Shown one piece after another: positions 36,494 to 46,800 of a stretch of DNA of 64,000 nucleotides. A program made the translations under genes and the position numbers. Origin of the DNA: a virus; IMG/VR virus record IMGVR_UViG_3300021405_000007, positions 44,107 to 108,106 of that record; one strand, given 5' to 3'. The first letter of the stretch is position 1. Every line of letters starts with the position of its first letter. The notes beneath the pieces were generated by a model. It did no database searches. It was given only the letters and a program-made list of their open reading frames with translations, and was not told the DNA's origin.

Positions 36494-39031
36494 ATGGCGA
36501 GCATATCAGATCTTCTGAACAATATTAGTAGTTTAGCACGAGGGATCGGTAGTGCTCTTGGTATAATTCCTTCTAATACCAATCCTAAATACTTATTATT
36601 TCCAAACCAAGGCATCAATGATATAAAAGCCGACGATAAGAAACGTTGGCTAGATTTTCCCCAAGATAGATATGTATTCGGTGTTATAAGAGATGGCGAT
36701 GATTTAAACTACCTGAGTAAGGGTTCTCAAGCTATTCAATCGATTAGTTCTTTATTTAGCGGTGGTGGCGACTCTTCTGGTAATGATTTCTCTGATTTTC
36801 CACTACCGATAACACCCCAAGAAATCACACAAACTGAAAATTTTGCGGTCACGATTAAACCATCACAAGGTGGTACGATTATTCAGCATGCAGGTAATCG
36901 ATATAAAGATTTGGTTATCTCAGGAACTACTGGAGTAAGCCCCTTTAGGGGAGCTACGGGAGTTGATCAATTAACTGGTGCTGCAATAGCGCAACCCGAT
37001 GAACTCAAATACCGTTCAGGCTATGAAGTTTTTATTCATTTTAGGCATTGGATCAAATCCTATCACCAGGCTAAAGTTAATCCCGATAAAAAAAATCTAA
37101 GGATGATTTTCAAGAATTATAAAGATTGGGAGTTCTTAATTGTAGAACCCTTAAAATTTTCAATGAAACGGGATGCTTCTAGACCTTTATTATATAACTA
37201 CTCTATACAATTTAAAGTTTTGGGGCATTATAAATTACCCAATGTTAGTAACAGCATTCTTGATAGCATAGATAACGCTATAACGGAGGTGTCTGTTGCG
37301 ATTAGCACAGCTAGGGGCATTTTCCTTAAATTCCAAGATGTAATTAGATCTTCTGCTCTAGAAATTGATAGTTTTACTGAAAATCTAAGAAATGTGAACT
37401 TGGCTGTAAAAGCCGCCATTGGTATTAAGTTAACAGCAACAGACATGAGTAATCGAATTCAGCAAAACTTTCTCACTCAGAGAGATGCTCTAAATCTTCT
37501 TTTAAAACTTGGTGTTAGAACTCAAGCATTGGCTAATCCTGCTACTATTAAAAGTTTAGAAAGGGCGGGGATCGATCTATCTTCTATTAGTCTTACTGGA
37601 ACACCTGAGCAAGTTGGCGCACAACTTCAACAAGTGGCTAGAGGATTTGGCGGAAGCGGTAATCCTAAGAATGATTTCTTTCAAGCTCAAGCCAATTTAG
37701 GAGATTTAAATTCACAAATTGGCATAGAAGATTTTCCTCCAGCTGCGCAACAAGAACTTATTAATGAGCAAGTTTCGGCATCCGGTATATCTCGTCAAAA
37801 GATGCAAACTATTCTAACTCAAGGAATCTCCATTAGGGATAAATTCGCAGATTCTATACAATTGAGTGGTGCAGATTACGACGATGTTTATGGGATCACC
37901 TCTACCTTCAATGGAATAATTCCCACAGATAGCGTGGACGTACAATTTCAGATACTTTATGCATTTAGCCTAGCAATTCAACAATTAGAACAATTACTTA
38001 GTAACGATCAGTTATTTGACATAAATCAAAATCTTTTTAGTCGAACTGACTCGAATTCAAGTTATCTCAATATTGGTGCTGGAATCATCAGTTTTCCAGA
38101 TCCACAAGCAGGAATTAAAGAGGGCATAGTACCTTTTGGTGCCACCCTAGAATCAATAGCTTTATCGGAACTTGGTTCAACTTCTCGTTGGACTGAGTTG
38201 GCTGAACTTAATAATTTAAAACCTCCCTTTATAGATAATACTAACTCCTCAGGATCAAGAATAAATTTATCTGTTCAATCAGCGGGTTATAGCAATCCTA
38301 CTCAATTACAGCATTTGGCTGCAGGATTTCAGTATATAGTAGCTATCTCACCTTCTCCGACTGGTGCTTGGATTGGAAAACCTAACTTCATAGCCACCTT
38401 CTCTGGAGGTGATCCAACAGTTTCAACAAATTGGAATTTTAGATATCCTGACGATGGCATGACTGCTCAAGTATTTGACAGCCAGAAAGTTCTGGAATTT
38501 TCAATACTAACCAATACTTGGAGTCCAATATCTTTAGCCGAGTTGATGTCAGGAGAAGTTTTAAGGCCTGGTGATCTAATCAAAATACCTATAATCCAAC
38601 GTCCTGATAATAATACAATTCAACGAGGGCCTAGAGATAATGCCACCACAAATGGTTTATCTCAATCTGAGAAGAGTCTAGGCGTGGACTTAAAGTTAGG
38701 ATCAGATGGGGACTTAATAATTACCCCTAATGGTGATTTAGATCTTTCAGTAGGCACAGTCAATGGTGCTCAAGCTATAATCTTGAAACTTCTTTATTCT
38801 CGAGGAGAAGTAAAAAGTCACCCAGAACTTGGTACAAAACTCCAAATAGGCGGTAAAATTCAGGATATAGGTGTGGTGCGAGCTCAAATCTTGACTACTT
38901 TATTACAAGATTCGAGAATTCAAGATGTTAAAAATGTGAATTTGTTCCAACAAGGTAGCACTATAATGGTGTCTATGGATGTATATTTTAAGAATATACA
39001 ATCTCCCGTTCCTGTAACTATACCAGCTTAA
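36494..39031 (+). CDS. multidomain baseplate protein: tube-initiator-like N-domain, LysM, DUF2793-like insert, gp25-like C-domain
   Basis: LPITPQ...ISGTTG...LYNYSI.F; TLESIA..ELG...RW.ELA.LN.L; GAW.G; DL....G..N..QAI...HPE.G...L.QD.RI. Confidence 0.65.
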   Translation: MASISDLLNNISSLARGIGSALGIIPSNTNPKYLLFPNQGINDIKADDKKRWLDFPQDRYVFGVIRDGDDLNYLSKGSQAIQSISSLFSGGGDSSGNDFSDFPLPITPQEITQTENFAVTIKPSQGGTIIQHAGNRYKDLVISGTTGVSPFRGATGVDQLTGAAIAQPDELKYRSGYEVFIHFRHWIKSYHQAKVNPDKKNLRMIFKNYKDWEFLIVEPLKFSMKRDASRPLLYNYSIQFKVLGHYKLPNVSNSILDSIDNAITEVSVAISTARGIFLKFQDVIRSSALEIDSFTENLRNVNLAVKAAIGIKLTATDMSNRIQQNFLTQRDALNLLLKLGVRTQALANPATIKSLERAGIDLSSISLTGTPEQVGAQLQQVARGFGGSGNPKNDFFQAQANLGDLNSQIGIEDFPPAAQQELINEQVSASGISRQKMQTILTQGISIRDKFADSIQLSGADYDDVYGITSTFNGIIPTDSVDVQFQILYAFSLAIQQLEQLLSNDQLFDINQNLFSRTDSNSSYLNIGAGIISFPDPQAGIKEGIVPFGATLESIALSELGSTSRWTELAELNNLKPPFIDNTNSSGSRINLSVQSAGYSNPTQLQHLAAGFQYIVAISPSPTGAWIGKPNFIATFSGGDPTVSTNWNFRYPDDGMTAQVFDSQKVLEFSILTNTWSPISLAELMSGEVLRPGDLIKIPIIQRPDNNTIQRGPRDNATTNGLSQSEKSLGVDLKLGSDGDLIITPNGDLDLSVGTVNGAQAIILKLLYSRGEVKSHPELGTKLQIGGKIQDIGVVRAQILTTLLQDSRIQDVKNVNLFQQGSTIMVSMDVYFKNIQSPVPVTIPA

Positions 39032-39049
39032 ACTAGGAAAATTTGAAAT

Positions 39050-42000
39050 ATGAGTATCATAACCTTAAAATCAGAGAATCAAATCTTAAGTGATATGATT
39101 GCTACAATATTTTCTCAAACAGGGTTGACCGATATAAATCCGGGGAGCGTTCTTTTAACTCTTTTAGAGGCTGCAGCTAGACAGGATTTTGCTCAATATT
39201 ACCAACTTATGCAAGCAGTTAAGAATTATAACCTCGACACTACTACTGGTACAGACCTTGACAATAGAGCTTTTGAATATGGTTTAACTAGAACTCAAGC
39301 TCAACAAGCTACCGGACAAGTGAACATCCTACGGCCTGCAGGTTTTGTAAAAATCAGTTCAGGATTCTTTGCTGGTTTTAGAGCACCGTTAGCCGGTGAT
39401 ACAGTTATTTATGTAAACGACGCTTCTGAATTTGGAAGCAGCGGAACTTTGATCATTGGTAGAGGTACTCCCGTAGAAGAAGAAGTGAATTTTTCTAGTG
39501 CTCCGGTTAATAATACTAATTATTGGACTGTTACCCTTTCCAGTTCTGTAACTAATAATCACAATACCAGTGAAGTAGTTATCCTTAGCCAAGGATTTAA
39601 CATAACTATAAATGCTGGGACTTTTGTTCAAGTCCCAGCAACCTCAAAGAATCCAGCGGTAGTATTTCAAACTACCCAAGAAGTCACGATTCTTGCCGGA
39701 GAAGCTGAGGTAGATGGTGTAGACGTTAGAGCTATTCAAGCTGGTGCAGCCGGTAATATACCAGTCAATGCAATTCCTGGAACTACTGATGCCTTCCCAA
39801 CTCCCCCATTTACGGGAGCTCAAGCAGTAAATGTAGCAGCGTTTACAACTGGTTCCGATATGGAAACAGATACTCAACTTAGAAATAGAATTAAACAATT
39901 TATCCAAGGGTTATCCCAATCTACAGCTAGTGGTATTTTCAATGCAATTCTTGGTTTAACCGATGCAGAGACCAGCAAAAGAGTAGTCTCTGCTAATATA
40001 GTTGAACCGACTAACCCTACAGACAATGTTAAAGTTTATATAGACGATGGTACCGGTTTTGAACCTTCTTTTAGTCTGCAGGGTCAAGAAACTATTCTTG
40101 CTAGTGCTCAAGGTTTAGAAACTAGACTTCAATTAATGAATTTTCCTTTGGTTAAAGCTTTTGTTCAAACTATTAACGCAACACCTTATAATTTTACTAC
40201 AAATGGTTTAACTTTAGAAATAGCTGTTGGTAACTCTTCTGAAACAATTGTTTTCAATAACCTAAACTTTCTAATTCCAGAAGCCGCCTCTGCGGATGAG
40301 ATTGTAAATGAAATCAACAGTCAATCTACTTTGGTGGACGCTCGTACTGCTGATATAGGTACAACTGTATTTATAAGTGCTAAAGTTAGTACGAATGAAG
40401 GTATACAAATCTTAGGTGGTACCGCTAATGCTATCCTGGACTTCCCTATTGACTTGCGTGAAACCTTTTATCTTTACAAAAATGATAGACTTTTATCAAA
40501 AGATGGTGCTACTGCTTACGTAGATTCGGCTAGTACGACCTTTAACTTTTCTAGTGTTCCTGAAACTTTAGCGATAATAGTAGACGGCAAGTCAGCCAAT
40601 CCACAAACAGTAACGTTTCAATTAGCGAACTTTTCTATTCCTTCACAAGCCACTCCTGAGGAAGTGGTGGCCGTTATAAATGCTCAACTTGCAGGAGCAA
40701 CAGCCTCTGTGTTTAATAATAATACAGTAAGGTTGACTTCAAATACTACTTTGTCCTCCGCTTCTAAGATCCAAATTAACTCGTCTGCTGCCGCCACAAC
40801 TTTAGGGTTTCCCTTAATGTTGGTGACTGGTGCTAACGATGATTATGTATTAAATGAGCAACTTGGGACTATTGGATTTAATTCACCGCTTTCTGCAGGA
40901 GATATGATAACCGCAGGAACTAGAAATACTAGAGGCTTCCTAACTGCTACCAATCCACAAAATTATACGGTGGGGGCGAGTACTACTTTATTGATCAGTG
41001 TAGATGGTGGTTCTGTTCAAACCATTACGTTGCCTGCCCGAAGTGCAGCTTCTGCTTCCTTGATTGCAGGAGATATAAACGCCCAACTTCTTGGAGGGTT
41101 AGCAGTTACTAGAACTATCGGGAATAATGTTTATTTAGAAATCAGAACCAACTCTTATAATGCGACTTATGGTAGTATTGAAATTACCGGCGGCACAGCT
41201 GTAAGCGTATTTGGTTTCCCTGTTAATAGCATTAACGATTCTATTCCGGCTCACGTAGCTTTTGTGGAAAACTCAAGTTTAGGTCCTTGGAGTTTTGACA
41301 GTGGTTGGACTCTGGTAGTGATTATAGATAATGATCCAATCGGAAAAACTTTTGTTATACCAATTGATTATGCTGGTCAAGTTACTAGTGGAAGTTCAAC
41401 AACTATTTTTGCTGCCAGCGTTTTCTCAACTGTATTTCTTGTAAATAATATCTTAAATAATTTTTATGTTGTATTCAGAAGTGGTGCCAATACTACTACT
41501 CAAACTATAAGTCAAGTCGATAGTGTCGGTGGTAATACCTACAAATATACTTTTAGTGCTTTACCTCCAAACTTCACTAACTTTGCCGTTGGTGATGAGG
41601 TTACTTTTTCTAGCATGAAAAATGCTGATAATAACGGTAGTTTTTTAATTACTGCTATAAATTCCGGTTCTTCTCCTTATTGGGTCGAAATAACAAATGC
41701 AGTGGGAAAAGTAGAAAGTGCTTCAACTGGAACTGGTTTGATCGGACAAAGACGCCAAGTAAGTGCTTATACAACCTCCACAGGACAGATCACTGTATCT
41801 TCTGCTTTTTCCCATACACCTTCTGCGAGTGACAATTTTGCAGTAATTCCTAGCACTAGTACTAACCTTTTGAATTTTTTGAATAATTTCAAAGTCACTT
41901 CTATATCTGCTTTGGCTACCATAGAAGCGGTAAATCAAAATAGATACTTACAAATCTCTTCAGATAACAATGGTTCAGATGGTTACATTCAGGTTGCCGG

Positions 42001-42457
42001 CGGAAAAGTTAATAACTTGGTGCAATTTTCAACTACCGAAGTTCAAGGGCATCAAGCGTACTCTTACTATACTGGGTTAACCAAACTAGTTCATAAAACC
42101 ATTTACGGTGATGAAACAGATTTAAGCTCATTCCCGGGTGTTGGGGCTGCAGGGGTGAGTTTTGAGGTCGCTGCACCAAGTACGGTTGAAGCTGAGTTTT
42201 CAATTCAAGTTAGTTTAGCACAAGGTTTGTCTTTGGCTACTTTAGAAAATGAGATCCAAAGTCAAATTATCTCATATGTTAATACTTTAGGAGTTGGGGA
42301 TTCAGTAATACTCTCAAATATAGTTGAAAGAGTCTTGAACGGTGTGTCTGGCATCAACGATATAGTGATAACCTTTCCTACTTCTAACATTGAGGTTCTT
42401 CAAAATGAGGTTGCTAAAACTCAAGCCTCATTAATAAACGTGGAGCAAATTAACTAA
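39050..42457 (+). CDS. baseplate wedge protein J (gp6-like) with large insertion
   Basis: TD.NPGSV..TLLEA, TG.DLD.RA..YGL.R..A..ATG, G..GN, GSD.ETD.QLR.R, C-term YVN.L.VG..V. Confidence 0.85.
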   Translation: MSIITLKSENQILSDMIATIFSQTGLTDINPGSVLLTLLEAAARQDFAQYYQLMQAVKNYNLDTTTGTDLDNRAFEYGLTRTQAQQATGQVNILRPAGFVKISSGFFAGFRAPLAGDTVIYVNDASEFGSSGTLIIGRGTPVEEEVNFSSAPVNNTNYWTVTLSSSVTNNHNTSEVVILSQGFNITINAGTFVQVPATSKNPAVVFQTTQEVTILAGEAEVDGVDVRAIQAGAAGNIPVNAIPGTTDAFPTPPFTGAQAVNVAAFTTGSDMETDTQLRNRIKQFIQGLSQSTASGIFNAILGLTDAETSKRVVSANIVEPTNPTDNVKVYIDDGTGFEPSFSLQGQETILASAQGLETRLQLMNFPLVKAFVQTINATPYNFTTNGLTLEIAVGNSSETIVFNNLNFLIPEAASADEIVNEINSQSTLVDARTADIGTTVFISAKVSTNEGIQILGGTANAILDFPIDLRETFYLYKNDRLLSKDGATAYVDSASTTFNFSSVPETLAIIVDGKSANPQTVTFQLANFSIPSQATPEEVVAVINAQLAGATASVFNNNTVRLTSNTTLSSASKIQINSSAAATTLGFPLMLVTGANDDYVLNEQLGTIGFNSPLSAGDMITAGTRNTRGFLTATNPQNYTVGASTTLLISVDGGSVQTITLPARSAASASLIAGDINAQLLGGLAVTRTIGNNVYLEIRTNSYNATYGSIEITGGTAVSVFGFPVNSINDSIPAHVAFVENSSLGPWSFDSGWTLVVIIDNDPIGKTFVIPIDYAGQVTSGSSTTIFAASVFSTVFLVNNILNNFYVVFRSGANTTTQTISQVDSVGGNTYKYTFSALPPNFTNFAVGDEVTFSSMKNADNNGSFLITAINSGSSPYWVEITNAVGKVESASTGTGLIGQRRQVSAYTTSTGQITVSSAFSHTPSASDNFAVIPSTSTNLLNFLNNFKVTSISALATIEAVNQNRYLQISSDNNGSDGYIQVAGGKVNNLVQFSTTEVQGHQAYSYYTGLTKLVHKTIYGDETDLSSFPGVGAAGVSFEVAAPSTVEAEFSIQVSLAQGLSLATLENEIQSQIISYVNTLGVGDSVILSNIVERVLNGVSGINDIVITFPTSNIEVLQNEVAKTQASLINVEQIN

Positions 42458-43767
42458 TGGCTATTGATGCAGTAGCAAAAATGTTAAATGACCTCCCACA
42501 GGTCTTTAACGCTAAAGTAAACCCCGTCATTAAAGCTCTAGTGACTGCTTGGGCTACTTCTGATCAAGACATATTAACTCAATTAGATAACACAAAAGCT
42601 CAACTTTTTGTGAAAACAGCTAATGGGACTTATTTAGATAAGCTGGCATCTGCAGTAGGAGTGTCTCGACCAGCTAATACTGGGATAAATGATACTGTTT
42701 TTAGTCAATTGATTCCCAATTTGTCCTTTAAAAACAAACAAATTTATAAAGCTTTTTATGATACTATGGATGTCTTTTGGGGGCCTCTATACTCTAGGGC
42801 TAACATCACTGGAACCTTAAGCGCACCTTTCAATGTTACGATAGGTCAAACATTCAGCATTTCTGTTGATGGACAAATGGCGCAGTTTATAACGGTAAAA
42901 ACAGGCGATGTAGCAAACAATGGTGCCGCTACAGCGCAAGAAGTAATTGATTTTCTAAATCAAATAAATACCATAACAGCCAGCCTTCTTCTATTGAATA
43001 CCGGTGAACAACAAATAAATATAAGGACTAATACTCCGGGGTTGCGTGGATCCTTATTAGTGGATGACACCAATAACTTACCGGGAGTCGGGTTTCCAAC
43101 TGCACTTATGACTTTAACCCAACAAAGTCAGAGGGTTGCTGCTTATCAGCTAAATCCGGGTGAAGTTATACTTGAAATACCCGCTTTTGTGCCGGTTACC
43201 AGAGATACATTGCTTGGTTCGCACCATTTTCATGCTGATGATACTTTAGCTAGTCCAGTTCCGAGCGCTAATGGGGTTTGGCAAGGTAGCTTCTTTTATT
43301 CGACCACACAAACTCCCTTCGTTCCAACTAGTAAAACGGCAGTCTTGAATCAAAGTATCTCGCAAGGTGCTTTTTTGAATACTTTAACTGTTTCAAGTAC
43401 GGCTGGTTTGCCTACTTCTGGCGGTAGTCTAGTGATAAACTTCGGTCAAAATGCCGAAGAGCATGGTTTGAAATACTTCGCTGTTCTCAACAGCCAAACA
43501 ATAGAGATTGACGCTAGTTATTTCTTTCAAAATGATCACTCTCCTGGAGAAGTTTTAAATGTGCTGATGCCTAACACCAACAGTCCTTACGCTCCAAGAG
43601 TCGCAGGCCAAGATTTAGCCATGTATATGCCTTCGGAAGTTGATGCTAGAACCTCAGTTCAGACTCTTCTAGAGACTATCGCAGCAGCTGGGATTGTTGT
43701 TAAATTCATAATTTTATTACCACATTACGACTATATCATAGCCTCACCTTTCGCTAATACCGATTAG
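42457..43767 (+). CDS. baseplate wedge protein (gpI/gp7-like)
   Basis: TA.G.YLD.LA...GV.R, C-term I.AAGI.V. Confidence 0.7.
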   Translation: MAIDAVAKMLNDLPQVFNAKVNPVIKALVTAWATSDQDILTQLDNTKAQLFVKTANGTYLDKLASAVGVSRPANTGINDTVFSQLIPNLSFKNKQIYKAFYDTMDVFWGPLYSRANITGTLSAPFNVTIGQTFSISVDGQMAQFITVKTGDVANNGAATAQEVIDFLNQINTITASLLLLNTGEQQINIRTNTPGLRGSLLVDDTNNLPGVGFPTALMTLTQQSQRVAAYQLNPGEVILEIPAFVPVTRDTLLGSHHFHADDTLASPVPSANGVWQGSFFYSTTQTPFVPTSKTAVLNQSISQGAFLNTLTVSSTAGLPTSGGSLVINFGQNAEEHGLKYFAVLNSQTIEIDASYFFQNDHSPGEVLNVLMPNTNSPYAPRVAGQDLAMYMPSEVDARTSVQTLLETIAAAGIVVKFIILLPHYDYIIASPFANTD

Positions 43768-43776
43768 TGTTAAAAT
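43768..43776 (+). promoter_or_regulatory. extended -10 box TGTTAAAAT
   Basis: 39 nt upstream of tail fibre 43815. Confidence 0.55.
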
Positions 43777-43814
43777 TTTAAAGTGTAGACACTTAGATTG
43801 AGATTTAAAAAAAT

Positions 43815-46800
43815 ATGGCAATTCTCCAAAGATTACTAGAACATAGCCAACAAAGATTTGATTTAGAAGATCTTAATACCATACTATCGGCGTTAAGATC
43901 AGACTCTAAATACTGGCAATTACTATTCAATGCTCAAACCTCCTATGTTGTGGCTGGTTTTGAAATAAGCTCAAGTTCTATAGGTCAAAGCAGCATAAAC
44001 ATCGTTCTTGACTCCTCTATTCTTTTAAATCCCAATAACTCCACAGATTTTTCTTGGTTTGCAGGTTTTTCGGGCGCTTCCCCTATAAATGTAGGAATTG
44101 AAGCGGGCGCTCTCGTAATCGGTAGAAACTATGTAGAATTACAACTTAGTACCATAGATAGCGTGCCCCTTCAAAGGGCTTTTTGGGATCCTACGGCCAA
44201 TAGTGGTGCCGGCGGCGAGTTTCAGCAACAAGTAAATACGACTACAGAACTACAAGTACAAGTGGTTGTTAACCAAACTGCTTTTCATGTTTCAAATCCT
44301 GACTTAATTCCTTTGGCGATCGTTGATGTCAACAGTAGCGCCTTAATTTCTGGCATTTTAGATCAAAGGAACTTATTTTTTAGACTTGGAACCAAAGACA
44401 CTCCTACTCTAGGTTGGACTTGGAATACTCAAATTGAACCCCCAACCACCCTCACCTTTGTAATGAATTCTAGCCCGGCCTTTGATGCCGGAGAAACCAT
44501 AACCTTCACCAGTGGTGCTACTGCAGTTCTAGAAACTGGAGGCACTAATAATATTCAAGCTACCTCTTTCTCAGGTTTGAACTTCGCATTGGGTGATACC
44601 GTAACAGGGCTGACTTCTGGTGCGACTGGAACACTGCAATCCTTTTATGAATCTTTTGTTGGTGCAGATAAAGATATCCTAAATCTGAAAGAGATGCTAA
44701 ATGCTTTAATGACCGAAATTAGAACATTAAAGGGCACCCCTTACTGGTATTCACAAAGTGTAGCACCTACTACACCGGGATTGTTAGACTTTATCAATAC
44801 CATCCCTGTTCCGCTCACAGCTGGCGCAAAATATGAATGGGATGGTTCAAATTTAGCAATCAGCGATGCCGCAACGAGCGGTCAATCTTCTGCAGATCAA
44901 ATAGCTGCTCTTAGAATTCCAGGGAAAAGCGGTACCTTTATTCTATCCCGCCAAGATGGAACAGTTAGTACTTCAGAGATAGCTATTGGTGATGGACAAA
45001 TTTTATTCATAATCCTACCTTCTGATCTCACAACTTCCCGCACTTATTCTGGAATTGGTACTGCATCCACTAACTTTCAAGTTATTGCCAGAAACAGTTT
45101 TGTAGCAACAGATAAAACTCATTGGTTAGCTTATAGGGAAGGTTCTAGGCTCATCACTCACGGTTTCGGTCAAATGGTCGCCGGCCAAGAGATGTCGATC
45201 GATGCTGGCGGAGGAGGCGGTGGTGGCGGAGTTCAAGAATTTATTCCATTCAGACTTTACGAAAATGTTCCGAATACCTCTGTATTAAATATTGGCCCAT
45301 CCGTAAATACGGACGACGTTTCAGGTAAAAAATCCGCTGTTTCAAGAAATCCACCCAATACTTCTGATTTCTTGGGTGGGACAATCTCCTTCCCAACTAC
45401 TTCAGGTAATAATGCAACACCTTCAGTTGGGTCAGCTGTTAGAATAGATATACAATCATCCTTCTATCTAAAAGTTTTAATCGCTGTTGATCTTAGTGGG
45501 AATATAGTGATAGTCCCCGGTGTTCAAGCATCTAGCCTTTCTGCAGCGAAACTACCAGCATTCCCTTATGGCGCATTTTCAATCGGGTATATAGTTTTAG
45601 TAAATACTGCTGGCGTTATAAGTTTAATTTCACAAACGAACATTTATCAGTTTGCCGACCTAGGGCATTTCGAAGACGGCAATAATGGTGGCGGAAACGT
45701 TTATAAAGAGGATGTTGACGTAGTTTCTAGCCCGAGTGGCAATGACCAAATGGCTCCAATTAGTTCGCCACCAGTAACAGTGACTATTCCTAAAGATACC
45801 AATCTGTATTTAGGAACTGGACTTGAAGCTCGAGTAACTAGTTCTTCTTCGACTGTTCAAGTTTCAAAGTCCAACCATGGTTTAACTACAGGTGATTTAG
45901 TAACAATCATTACTGCTTCTGCAATTGGTGGGATAACTGGGGGAAACCTTTCTCAAACCGCAACAGCCTGTACTGTAATCGATTCGAATAATTTTTCTTA
46001 TGTTGCAGGTGCTGCGGGCACTTACAATGACTACGGTACTTTAGATGCCACTTTCGCCAATACTACTAGACACTTTATAGTTGGTGATAGAACTCTGGTA
46101 GTTTATTTAAACGGTGTTGAACAAAGAAATGGTATTGATTATTCTGAGTTTGGCACATTTGGACTATCTTCTAATCAAATCATTTGGTTAACCACTATTG
46201 TTGTGGGCGACTTAGTAACCTACGAAATAGTAAGGGTGGGTGGATTAACCATTCTTCAAAATGGTTCCCCAGTTGCGACAGGGACCTTACAAGAATCTTA
46301 TAATAATGGTCAATCAATAGTAACTGAGTCTGGTGCGCCGGTAGTTATTAGCGGCCCTAGCGGTCAAAAATTGCTGCACGTAGCTGGTAACGTTCAAATT
46401 GATGGCGTCATAGATCCAACCGCTATCACTTTTACCCCTCAATCTTCCAATCCTTTAAGTTCTGGTCAACAAGGTATTTGGTTTGATAGCTCCAATGCTA
46501 TGCATACTTATGATGGAACTACTGACACCAACACTAATGCTAGTTTTGTAAAAATAAATGGTTCAAATCCTTTTACCGGCCCTCAATCAATGGGGAGCAA
46601 TAAGCTAACCAATGTAGCTACCCCAACAGTAAGTTCTGATGCAGCTACCAAAGGTTATGTTGATGGTCTGGCTATTAGTGCTTTGATTGGAGATGTCAGT
46701 GGAACGGGCCCCGGATCAACCAGCACCACTGTTAATTCAGTTGGTGGTAGTTCTGCTAGTAACATACATTCGGCTGAACAAGCCGCTAATGCCGCAACCA

